The translations under genes and the position numbers were made by a program. Shown piece after piece: positions 8,820-17,531 of a stretch of 64,000 nt of DNA. This DNA is from Nitrospirota bacterium (GTDB taxonomy: Bacteria; Nitrospirota; UBA9217), in contig CAWFSF010000006.1 in the NCBI GenBank assembly GCA_963818475.1, positions 960,001-1,024,000 of the forward strand, written 5' to 3'. Under the pieces are notes generated by a model. The model was not told where the DNA came from and made no database searches. It worked only from the letters and a program-made list of their open reading frames with translations. Numbering within the stretch: position 1 is the first letter of the stretch; every line of letters starts with the position of its first letter.

Positions 8820-10592
8820 TCATGCGAGTATCTGCTTTGCGTGTGAGTACGAATTCCCGATCCTGCTTCCGTATTTTTCATACTGACCGAAGCCGTTGTA
8901 GTACTTGGCAAATTCCGGCCACTTATGCTCACGGAGATGTTTGATGAGATATCCTTTCTTCGGTGCTTTCTTTTGCTTGCAGAAGTCAAAGAAGCCGAGA
9001 ACATGAGCCCGTTCACTGGCCTGGAAGGCATCATACATCGCGCGCGGAGATGAGTATCCGATCAACCGATAGTTGGCAACCAATATCTGCGGGCCGCCGA
9101 TGCTTATACATCGTAAGGCAATATCTTCACCGGCAAGCCTTGACGCGAGGGATAGGACCCTATATTCGAGTGCTTGATTACCGTGAAATGCCTTGAACGC
9201 TTCGGTTACGTTTTCCCTGAACTGGTGATTATGCCAGCTCTTGCCTGACATCCCATTATGCCCCCAGTGCCGGAAATACTGATTGTAGGTATTCTGATTG
9301 GATTTCCCCCACAACTTATAGAATAAGTGGTTTTCAAATCTGATGATTGCCTTGCCAGTTGTATGGCTTCGGCCTCCGCTTTCGATCTGCCAAACCGCGA
9401 GAGCGGTCTCAGCTTCGATCCTAAGCTCGCTTGCCGCTGCCCGCATTAATCCCCCAAGGCGATTGTATGTTCTTGCCAGGCTTTTGCGGACTGAGGTCCA
9501 TTTCGGATTGATGGTTACCGAAGTACCGGGCTTTAAAGGCGAGGCCTTTAATCGAGAAGAATCTTTATAAAAAGAAGCTTGTTGGTTGCTCTGTTCTGAA
9601 TCCAGCTCTAAAAGCCCTGTATCTTCGAATTGCGAACCAGTCGCTTGATCTGCAAGCTCTTCCCAGGTTTCAGGTTCTTTGAAATCTTTATGGTCGGAGA
9701 ATTCCATGCCGGTGTATCCGGGGGTGATGCTGCTTTCCTGATCCTCAAAATATTCAAATGACTCGAAATCTTCAGACGACTCAGGGTAAGTCTCAAATTC
9801 CTTTGCAGTCGCCCTTGCCCGATTCCGCCAGGAATCCGGGATCGGGTTCCCGAGTCCTATCTTATATCCGAGTCCGCCGTCTTTCAGGCGTAGATTAGTA
9901 ACAGCCCAGTGGCCTACGTGATACCAGATGTCCGGCCCGGGACAATTCTCACGGGTACTGGCTGCCTGACGGTGAGCGAAGATGTGCGTCAGCCCGATCT
10001 TCTTTATAAGGTGTTTGACAAGGAAACGACCCGCCTCGATCTGCGCCTGTGACAGCTTGTGGCAGCCGTACTTGCCTGCCTCCCAGCATTTTCCCCTTAC
10101 ATTGGGAAAGTTTCCGGCAAATTCGACAGCCACGCTTTTTCGATTAAATCCATTCGATGCCCAGAGAAGGGCGGATACGGGATGCAGTTGGAGTATTCTG
10201 CCATTTGGCAGAATGGCATAATGCGCCGTAACTTGGTTATATCGATCAGGGTTGTTGCCCCGGCTGAATGCCATCTGATGCAACACCAAAGCCTTCACCG
10301 TGCTTGGATCACGGCGGCCTTTGCGCCTGTCTTTACGAGCGACATTCGTGCGGTCCTCTATCCGAAGCCCGCTCGTCCCGACGACTTCCTGCTCCGTATC
10401 CGGCAATTCAAGAACATCCAATTCGAAATTGTCTTCAAAGTCTTCCTGGTTCATTTTGGTGTCAGGCATTTCACTGTCTTCTGATTCGAATAAATCCTCA
10501 AAGTCTTTCTGATCATCATCGGCAAGCTCGAGCGTGTCTTCGGATTCTTCGTATTCAAAAGGCTCTTCTTCTATCTTCGGTCTATAACTCAT
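8820..10592 (-). CDS. Acidic-leader protein with N-acetylmuramoyl-L-alanine amidase (Amidase_2) and N-acetylmuramidase (DUF3380-like) domains
   Basis: Amidase motifs LVLHQ, AHYAI, VEFAG, FAHRQ, NCPG. Muramidase motifs QIESGG, IRFENHLF, SIGGPQIL..NY..GY, FAKYYNG. Two Glu/Asp-rich segments and no signal peptide. Confidence 0.85.
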   Translation of the reverse strand: MSYRPKIEEEPFEYEESEDTLELADDDQKDFEDLFESEDSEMPDTKMNQEDFEDNFELDVLELPDTEQEVVGTSGLRIEDRTNVARKDRRKGRRDPSTVKALVLHQMAFSRGNNPDRYNQVTAHYAILPNGRILQLHPVSALLWASNGFNRKSVAVEFAGNFPNVRGKCWEAGKYGCHKLSQAQIEAGRFLVKHLIKKIGLTHIFAHRQAASTRENCPGPDIWYHVGHWAVTNLRLKDGGLGYKIGLGNPIPDSWRNRARATAKEFETYPESSEDFESFEYFEDQESSITPGYTGMEFSDHKDFKEPETWEELADQATGSQFEDTGLLELDSEQSNQQASFYKDSSRLKASPLKPGTSVTINPKWTSVRKSLARTYNRLGGLMRAAASELRIEAETALAVWQIESGGRSHTTGKAIIRFENHLFYKLWGKSNQNTYNQYFRHWGHNGMSGKSWHNHQFRENVTEAFKAFHGNQALEYRVLSLASRLAGEDIALRCISIGGPQILVANYRLIGYSSPRAMYDAFQASERAHVLGFFDFCKQKKAPKKGYLIKHLREHKWPEFAKYYNGFGQYEKYGSRIGNSYSHAKQILA

Positions 10593-10599
10593 AAGCGGC

Positions 10600-10856
10600 C
10601 TCCCTGTTCATTGCGTACGAGAAAGTGCACATAGAGCGATATCTTGCTGCGGCCATTGCTCCGCAGCTTGTCCATCTAAACGGAATCCCATGATTTCCCG
10701 CCGGAACTACCTGATCGGTCTCGACAAGCTAGATGTCGGTATTTGGATCATCGATCCTGATGGAGGCCGCGCCTCCGCGTTCACCTGACTCACTTCCAGA
10801 ACAGCAGATGCAGAACTAAGCTTGCCCTCATTTGACGTGATAGAAATAGTAGCCAT
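10600..10856 (-). pseudogene. Degraded small gene remnant
   Basis: SD AGGAG and ATG10856 (MATISITSNEGK...). Coding-like text continues across frameshifts and stops (IRIDDPNTDI*LVETDQVVPAG). Confidence 0.3.
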
Positions 10857-10931
10857 CGTATTTCTCCTGTAAGTTGGTGTGGTTCGAAAAAATTCACTCC
10901 AACGCTATTTTTCTTACTCGCAAAGAGGTCT

Positions 10932-11921
10932 TCAATTAATTATTCGTTCGTAAAGCCCCGCAACTTGTTTCCCATTGCTACATTTCAGCCAAAGCCTTCT
11001 GACGAAGTGGATTTTCTGCCTTGTCCCCAGGTGAGTGACCGGGCTCGATCCCGCGGCTGGAAGCTTCCCCCCTAAGTGCACAGGATTCGAATCATTCAGT
11101 TTCACTACAAATTCGTAAGCTGGAAATAGATCCACATATCCAAGAAAACCAATATCAACGTAGTTGCGCGCTACTCGCTTGATAAAGAAGGTGCCCTCGT
11201 AATCGATTTTGGCGTTCAATAGAAACTGCCCGACTTTCTTAATAGTCTTTGATGTTGGACATGCCGGCCCTTGCGATCCTTTGACACGAATCATTATCTC
11301 CTTCGCCGGTGTGACGCCCAAAAACGAGAAATTCATCGGTGACGTAGACGAGGTTCCTCTACACAAAACGAGGCCAGTCATGCAATCAACTTGAATGGTA
11401 GGGTCAATGCGATGATTTTGATAGATGATGCGAGGCTTATCCAGGTCCATCTTTGTCTCAGAATGCATTCTTGATGACGCATTAATATCCGGGCTCAATG
11501 ATCGTTGATCGGTAAGACCGCAAAAAAATTGTGTGACGAACATAGTCTTTCCCGCCATGCTAGGGTCCAGCTTTACGATAGAGTCAGGAACCTTCCTGGT
11601 CAGGCCTGAAACATCTCTCGGAATGAATGCATTCAACCAAACTGTGACGGTGCGAATACGATTTTCGCATGTCGGCAGCGCATCAGTCACTTCATCGAGT
11701 GCAGACTCATATTCCCAATCTGAGGTTTCGGTGCCACGAAATAGCGACTCGTCTTGCAGTTGATCATCCGATTCAGAATCAAACGACCAGCTTTCCTCTT
11801 CGCCGTATTCTGGGAAGATGTCCTGTGTCTCCTCCGAGAATTCGTCGAACGACTCAAGCGTATCTTCGAACTCGAAGTTGGTCTCCAAGGGTTCGATGTC
11901 AAATTTATATACGTTTTTCAC
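10932..11921 (-). CDS. Acidic-leader protein with an unknown C-terminal domain (DUF3238-like, tentative)
   Basis: GGAGG 5 nt before GTG11921; leader YKFDIEPLETNFEFED; domain with WLNAFIP, TDQRS, SSRMHS, DLFPAYE. Confidence 0.75.
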   Translation of the reverse strand: MKNVYKFDIEPLETNFEFEDTLESFDEFSEETQDIFPEYGEEESWSFDSESDDQLQDESLFRGTETSDWEYESALDEVTDALPTCENRIRTVTVWLNAFIPRDVSGLTRKVPDSIVKLDPSMAGKTMFVTQFFCGLTDQRSLSPDINASSRMHSETKMDLDKPRIIYQNHRIDPTIQVDCMTGLVLCRGTSSTSPMNFSFLGVTPAKEIMIRVKGSQGPACPTSKTIKKVGQFLLNAKIDYEGTFFIKRVARNYVDIGFLGYVDLFPAYEFVVKLNDSNPVHLGGKLPAAGSSPVTHLGTRQKIHFVRRLWLKCSNGKQVAGLYERIIN

Positions 11922-12066
11922 ACCCACCTCCAAAATTTCGCTCAACTCATTCTTTTAGATGCCGCAGCGGTTTTCGTGCGTTACGGCCTTGCCGCCTGAT
12001 TCACCCTGCGAAAGTGAGGCGCGCACCACTCCTCGGGTTACGCCCGACCCCCTCTGTTCGAATAGT

Positions 12067-13605
12067 TCAGCGGGCCTTCTTCCCGACAGCCATCTCAAGC
12101 GCCCGAATCCCTTCAGCGCGGAGGTGGTCGACAAACGATCGAAAAGCATGACGTGTACCGTGGATTTGGATGGGACCTTCGGTGACCGGGTCTTTAACAT
12201 CGCGCAATCGAGCGAAGAGCCCATCGGCAATCCCCTGCTTAACCGTGACATCGACCTCCTGGTACGCGATCTCGCCCAACTGGCCCCACCGCCACTCGAG
12301 TGGTGATGCGCCACCTCCCCCGGGCAAGGGAACATTTGCGCCTGCTGAGCGATCTTCCTTGGGCACGAACCCCCTGGCAGCAAAAACAGGTGTTCCAAGA
12401 GCTTGCTTGACAGCATCAGTCCGCTGCGAAAGTGAGAGAGAACGACCTGCCAGCTTGCGGCCGACGCCCCGAACTCGCTCGAGGTCGCGAAGCGACGTGA
12501 TGACAGCGGCAGTCGCCATCATCTTGGTAGTGGATCCCGCGGCGCTTGTTCCGAGATGAGAGTCACCGACCGCGGTCCATCGGTAGCCGCCCTGAATTCT
12601 CTTCCCATCGTGATCCATGTCCGAGACGACGCGAAGGCCTCGGTTGTCTAGATTGTGCAACGCCAGGCTTACGATGTCGCCCAAGGAGAAAGTCCTTACC
12701 GCCTCCCCGCCGAGTTTTGAAGCGCGCTCCTTGATCTTCGCCTTGGTGAGCCACGACAACCACCATGCTAATGGAGGGAGCCGCTGACGCTCGTCCAGAC
12801 GGTCGTACATAAACTTGGCCATGTAACGGAGGAAGCGATCGGTCGAGTCGGGTATATGGCGCTCGTACCACTCTCGAATTGACGCGCGAGGCGTGCGTAC
12901 GTGGCCGGCAGCGAACATGTCTGTGAGGAAGTGATGGCCGAAAGCCTCCTTTGTCAGCGCTCTTCGCCACGCGCTCTGGCTAGCCTGCTCGCCGGCTTGA
13001 AGCGAATCGGCGATAGCTTTCGAATGCCATAAGACGTAGGCCTCCCAGGCACTGCCGCCAGCGGAGAAATGGGACAGGTTGCGGCTGGCGAGGACGTAGT
13101 ACCGCTCACGAACAGCGTCTTTGACCTTGTCTGGCACCTGCGGCTCCGGTACCTTTGGCTTGTGTCTCTTCAGATCGAGTGCCTGCCATCGGACCCAGGC
13201 GATCATGGCTCTCCCGGTTGGTGTGCGGGTGAGGTCCTGCATCTCGTCGTAGGTCCCGAAGTAGTCCCCCGCAAGGGCCACCACCTCTCCGAAGCTCAAG
13301 CGCTGGCCGCGTTCGCCGTAGACAATCGTTGTTGGTTCTCGACCCGAGGCCAAGTCACCAATGTCGCGATGCTCCGATCCGATGAAGTGTTGAACAGCAT
13401 CCGCTGGCTCTAGTGAGAGCTGAGAGGCCCCGTTCTCGAATCCCTCGTTGAGGCCCAGATCGAATAGCTCGTCAAGGAACTGCGCTTGGCCGGCCTCTTC
13501 CTCCCATTCCCAGTCGGCCAGCTCGGTATCAAACGTTTCGGACTCTTCATCGAATTCCGAATTAGTCTCAAACGGCTCAGACTCGATATTAAGCTCGTAC
13601 CTCAT
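12067..13605 (-). CDS. Acidic-leader zinc metallophospholipase C (Legionella PlcA/B/C and Pseudomonas fluorescens PLC-like)
   Basis: FIGSEH, LSFGEVVALAGDYF, NLSHF, FGHHFLTDMFAAGH (family signature pattern), HNLDN, W..VGD. Confidence 0.75.
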   Translation of the reverse strand: MRYELNIESEPFETNSEFDEESETFDTELADWEWEEEAGQAQFLDELFDLGLNEGFENGASQLSLEPADAVQHFIGSEHRDIGDLASGREPTTIVYGERGQRLSFGEVVALAGDYFGTYDEMQDLTRTPTGRAMIAWVRWQALDLKRHKPKVPEPQVPDKVKDAVRERYYVLASRNLSHFSAGGSAWEAYVLWHSKAIADSLQAGEQASQSAWRRALTKEAFGHHFLTDMFAAGHVRTPRASIREWYERHIPDSTDRFLRYMAKFMYDRLDERQRLPPLAWWLSWLTKAKIKERASKLGGEAVRTFSLGDIVSLALHNLDNRGLRVVSDMDHDGKRIQGGYRWTAVGDSHLGTSAAGSTTKMMATAAVITSLRDLERVRGVGRKLAGRSLSLSQRTDAVKQALGTPVFAARGFVPKEDRSAGANVPLPGGGGASPLEWRWGQLGEIAYQEVDVTVKQGIADGLFARLRDVKDPVTEGPIQIHGTRHAFRSFVDHLRAEGIRALEMAVGKKAR

Positions 13606-14701
13606 GACTTACCTCCAGGATTTTTGCCTTCGCGCTCCTGTTTCGTGCGATGCGCGCGAGCGCGTCCACCGCAAGGTCGATATCGCCTTGCCTGAGGAGT
13701 GCCGTAATGAGAAAACTGATGCGTGGGCGATGGCCATTGCGCCCGCGATGCAGTACCGTCCGAATCCCACATTGCAGCAGGCGGTCGTAAAGCGTTTCCG
13801 CGTCAAGCCCGGATGCAGGCACGAATGTCTGGACCGGGAACAAACCGCCGCTGGTTAAGAAACCGGCATGTGCCATGCGACTGCGGAAACGACGCACCAG
13901 ATGGGCGAGACGCAATCGCAGCTGGTCGCCATACTTCAGGTTTGCAACAAGAGCATGCTCAGCGGCATGGACAACTGCAAGGGAAGGCGGGCTGCAATGA
14001 ACCCTCGTTTCGCTCTTCTCTTCGAACCAGCCCACCATCCTGCTGCTTCCTGATAGGGCGGCTGCAGGAACGCCGAATCCCTTGGCCATCGAACTCGCCA
14101 TCAGCACATGAGGGTTCTGTGCGTTATTGCTCCACTGGAGTATGCCGCCGCCACCCATGCCATAGGGGGTTTTTTTTTCCGGCGAATGCCCCAATATCCC
14201 GAGTGATTGTGTGTCGTCCAGGATCAGCAGCCCGCCCGCGTCCCGGGCAAACGCCGCATATTCTGAAACAGGCGCGGGCTTTCCGCAGGCCGGACAAAAG
14301 CCGTCGGACAGGATCACCGGCCGCCTGCGGTGATTCGAATCATTTTTCATTACTGCCTTAAGGGCATCAGGGCGATAGTGAGCAAAAGTCCTGACGGGAA
14401 CACCGCGCGATGCGGCGCGTTCCACTCCCCACCGGGCGATCGGGTAAACACCCGCGTCCATGTAAATGGCGCTGTCATACTTGTCGAGAATGCCGAAAAG
14501 GTCCCAGAACAAATGCAGGGTGGAGGGAGCAAGTACTGCCCGCTCGCAACCCTGCAGCTCCGCCAATTTCCGGGCAATCGCGCGTGCTTCCCGGGGCTCT
14601 TGCAATGCCGCAGGGGCGCCAAACGTCAGCGTCTCCCACGGACGAAGGCTGCGGCTCGGGTGATGCATGCCGAGATAGAGCGCAGAACTGAAATCCATCA
14701 T
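13589..14701 (-). CDS. PLP-dependent class I/II aminotransferase fold (AONS/BioF-like)
   Basis: DFSSALYLG, LILDDTQSLG, SMAKGFG (PLP lysine); overlaps the next gene. Confidence 0.85.
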   Translation of the reverse strand: MMDFSSALYLGMHHPSRSLRPWETLTFGAPAALQEPREARAIARKLAELQGCERAVLAPSTLHLFWDLFGILDKYDSAIYMDAGVYPIARWGVERAASRGVPVRTFAHYRPDALKAVMKNDSNHRRRPVILSDGFCPACGKPAPVSEYAAFARDAGGLLILDDTQSLGILGHSPEKKTPYGMGGGGILQWSNNAQNPHVLMASSMAKGFGVPAAALSGSSRMVGWFEEKSETRVHCSPPSLAVVHAAEHALVANLKYGDQLRLRLAHLVRRFRSRMAHAGFLTSGGLFPVQTFVPASGLDAETLYDRLLQCGIRTVLHRGRNGHRPRISFLITALLRQGDIDLAVDALARIARNRSAKAKILEVSHEVRA

Positions 14702-14711
14702 GACGTGCTGC

Positions 14712-16193
14712 CTATCTGCGCTGCAACTGCATCTCCAAACGCCTGCTCAAATGGACCGACGGTTTAGTTGCATCCACCTTGCCGTTCACGACGGGATTAG
14801 CCAGGTCAACGCCAGTGGCGATCCGATAGGCGTGCGCATAGCTCTGGATCTCGCTTCTCCAGTACAGTGCCCAGTTCCTCGCTTCCTCGGCGTCGTTTAC
14901 GTTGTTCCAGTCGCCGTAACGGATGGACAGGAGTATCTGCTCGCCGAATACGCCCAGGTCGCTGAAATGCATGGCGGAGACATCCGTCCATCCCTGAATG
15001 GTCTTTAACGCGTCAACTGCGGACATCCAGCCTTCACGGTAGGGCATCATCGGTCTGCGGCCGAGGAACTCATGCATCTCAGGCCTCGACAGCAGCCATT
15101 GCTGCATCAGCATCTCCACGCGGGCCTGGAAAGGCAGGTCCCCAAACTGATTGTGTGCGCCCTCCGCAAGGAGCATATGCACTTCCTTAAGCGCGTTCAG
15201 GAGCGGGAACGGGTCCGGGACCATCAGCTTGTTGTTTTCTTCCTTGAAGAAGATCATGCATCTGTTTAGGAGGTTGTGAAACGCTTCGATGAACTTCGAG
15301 CGGCTGTCGGCGGTTTGCAATACCGGAACCGCCTTGCCTATGAGCGTAAGCCCGTACTCATGATCGTACTCATAGGCGCGGCGCTGCATGGACAGGCGGT
15401 TGTGCTCGTCTTGAATGTAACCCCAGAGCAGGTTGCTGAGAGGACGAAGCGGACTGAGCGTGAGGTTTGCCAGAGGGTCCCTGGACGACATCTTCTTGTT
15501 CTGGAACCGCAGGCTGATCGCATTGATCGCCTGGGCAAGCATTCCCTCTTCGTGCCAGTATGACCAGATCAACTCGATCATACACGGGTTATTCACCCGG
15601 TTATCGATGACAAGATTACTGTCGTCGCAAAAGATGCTTTTAAGGCCTGTCTGCAGATTTAAGTTGTTCAGAATTCTTTTGAGATAGGGAAGTTGAGGAT
15701 TGCCATCAAAGTATTGATCCACCAGGTTCTTCAGCTTGTCCATCAGGTCTGCTGGAGTATCTATCTCCCACCCGAGCCGCTTCTTTTCGTTCTCAAAATC
15801 GCCGTCAAGTCGCACGGTATCCAGTGCATTTGGCTGCTCTCTCGTGATGTCGATTCTTACGGAGGAGCACGCATACAGCATCAGGAAAAGCTCTGTTGCG
15901 GCCTTAAGTGAATCGTAAGAATGTACTCCTTTAAAGCACCTGTCCGTGTCACTTTTTTTATCAAGCCCTGCCTCGGTGATTTTTTTACTGATGTTCGCAT
16001 CGACATTCTCTTGTTTAAACTCCTGACATGCGGCTGACTCAGGAGCGGGCCTCTCAGGACATATGGCGCATTTTAAAAAATCTTGATAGTTACTAAAACT
16101 GATGGTTTTTGTCCGGAGTCTTATTGCAGTGTTCAGTGCTTGCCCGGGTGTTTCGTATCTTTTAGATTCAAGGCTAAAAATGTTGTCAGTCAT
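14712..16193 (-). CDS. Hypothetical protein (putative system core component)
   Basis: 493-aa ORF with SD AAGGAGG; helical, Trp-rich C-terminal half (IELIWSYWHEEGML, RRAYEYDHEYG); operonic spacing. Confidence 0.85.
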   Translation of the reverse strand: MTDNIFSLESKRYETPGQALNTAIRLRTKTISFSNYQDFLKCAICPERPAPESAACQEFKQENVDANISKKITEAGLDKKSDTDRCFKGVHSYDSLKAATELFLMLYACSSVRIDITREQPNALDTVRLDGDFENEKKRLGWEIDTPADLMDKLKNLVDQYFDGNPQLPYLKRILNNLNLQTGLKSIFCDDSNLVIDNRVNNPCMIELIWSYWHEEGMLAQAINAISLRFQNKKMSSRDPLANLTLSPLRPLSNLLWGYIQDEHNRLSMQRRAYEYDHEYGLTLIGKAVPVLQTADSRSKFIEAFHNLLNRCMIFFKEENNKLMVPDPFPLLNALKEVHMLLAEGAHNQFGDLPFQARVEMLMQQWLLSRPEMHEFLGRRPMMPYREGWMSAVDALKTIQGWTDVSAMHFSDLGVFGEQILLSIRYGDWNNVNDAEEARNWALYWRSEIQSYAHAYRIATGVDLANPVVNGKVDATKPSVHLSRRLEMQLQRR

Positions 16194-16208
16194 GACATCC
16201 TCCTTTTG

Positions 16209-17531
16209 CTATATTCCCGTTGAGTGTAGTTCTCTTAACGGCCGTTCACTCGACCGCTTCGAGCAGTTCGCTGAAGTATCGAGCGCGTTTTTCAGCGCCC
16301 ATTGTTTGAGCAACTCTGCCAGTATGCCGCTTTCCTTTTCCGGCGTTATCCTTCCATCACCCCGTGCCTGCCCGATTGCCGCGAAAACCAGGGACGGCTT
16401 CTCTGTCAGCATTTGTTCTGGTGAAGATCGCCATGACTCATAGAGTTCCTGCAACTGCTGAGGCCGGTGTTTACCGCACCTGAGTACTTCCATTACCGAG
16501 CTGCCGCGTAAAGACTTCGGCCTGTGGTTCACGAGCAATGTCACAAAACCCGGCATGGTGGAAAGCAGGCTCGAGATCGCCCGCCTCTTTTCCTCGGGAA
16601 GACCCGCAGCCGGATACAGGGTTTCCCATAGTTGAGATAGCCTTGCCCACTGCGGGTGAGGGTAAAGCGCATTCCCGATTGCGCAGCTAAGTTTCACGCG
16701 TATCCACGGAAACGGGTGCGGGTCATCGAGTGTGAACCTGAAAACAAAGGCGCGGGGGAGGCTGACCACGCTTATGAGTCCGAGCGTGGAAGCAATGCCT
16801 ATTTTCGCAATTGCCCAGAAGTCTGCAAGGATCTCGGAAATCCAGCGATCCCAGAGGCTCCAGGCGATGGCTTGATCGCCGCCGCTCTTCTGCAGACCCT
16901 GAAGTACCTCCCGTACGGACTTTACCAGGTCGAGCAGCGCTGAGCCCTGATGTCCTACCTCGTGTATCAGTGAAGAGGCGATCCCGCTGCCGACCATCCG
17001 CTCGCGGGGGACACGGATGACGGCAACAGGGTTTTGAGCGCCGCCCGGCAACCTCGTTCGTGCCCGCCGGATCGCCGCGCCGTGGCCCCGGTCAAGATAG
17101 CATACGACCGGAGGAGGCTCATAATAATGGCCTTCGATCCGGAGCGCGTCGGCTGAAACAACATCGAGGCCGGAAAGCCAGATCCCTGTTTCCTGTTCGC
17201 TCCGCTGATTCAGCACATCCGCAAAGATGTCGAATTGAGATAAGACATTATTGAATCTCATCCGCAGAATCGTGAATCTTCGCTGCGCTTCCGTCGCAGA
17301 AATACGCTCAACCCCGCCTTGTTCGAGCCAATGGTAGTAGCTGTGGATCATCTCCCGTAGCTGCGCATTTCCGGTCGCAATAGACTTTTCAATTGCATAG
17401 AGCGCGTTCGGTGAAATAGCCGCTGCCGGGACCATGGGCATGGTGAGAGAAAATGACCTCACCCTGTCCAGCCGCGCCAACAGCGCACGTGCTTCCTGCA
17501 AGAGGAAGGAATGAGCTACGCTGCCGTTCAT
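16209..17531 (-). CDS. HExxH gluzincin-like metallopeptidase or hypothetical protein
   Basis: LIHEVGHQ, downstream WISEILAD, DPHP; ATGA overlap with the upstream gene. Confidence 0.75.
   Translation of the reverse strand: MNGSVAHSFLLQEARALLARLDRVRSFSLTMPMVPAAAISPNALYAIEKSIATGNAQLREMIHSYYHWLEQGGVERISATEAQRRFTILRMRFNNVLSQFDIFADVLNQRSEQETGIWLSGLDVVSADALRIEGHYYEPPPVVCYLDRGHGAAIRRARTRLPGGAQNPVAVIRVPRERMVGSGIASSLIHEVGHQGSALLDLVKSVREVLQGLQKSGGDQAIAWSLWDRWISEILADFWAIAKIGIASTLGLISVVSLPRAFVFRFTLDDPHPFPWIRVKLSCAIGNALYPHPQWARLSQLWETLYPAAGLPEEKRRAISSLLSTMPGFVTLLVNHRPKSLRGSSVMEVLRCGKHRPQQLQELYESWRSSPEQMLTEKPSLVFAAIGQARGDGRITPEKESGILAELLKQWALKNALDTSANCSKRSSERPLRELHSTGI

Noticed and set aside
13589-14701. 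bioF assignment
   Set aside because: The DDAH motif is altered and there is no biotin gene context
16209-17531. alpha-KG-dependent HExxH RiPP hydroxylase
   Set aside because: No radical SAM partner or short precursor peptide is present, and the downstream ExxAD fits a gluzincin better. Not fully excluded.
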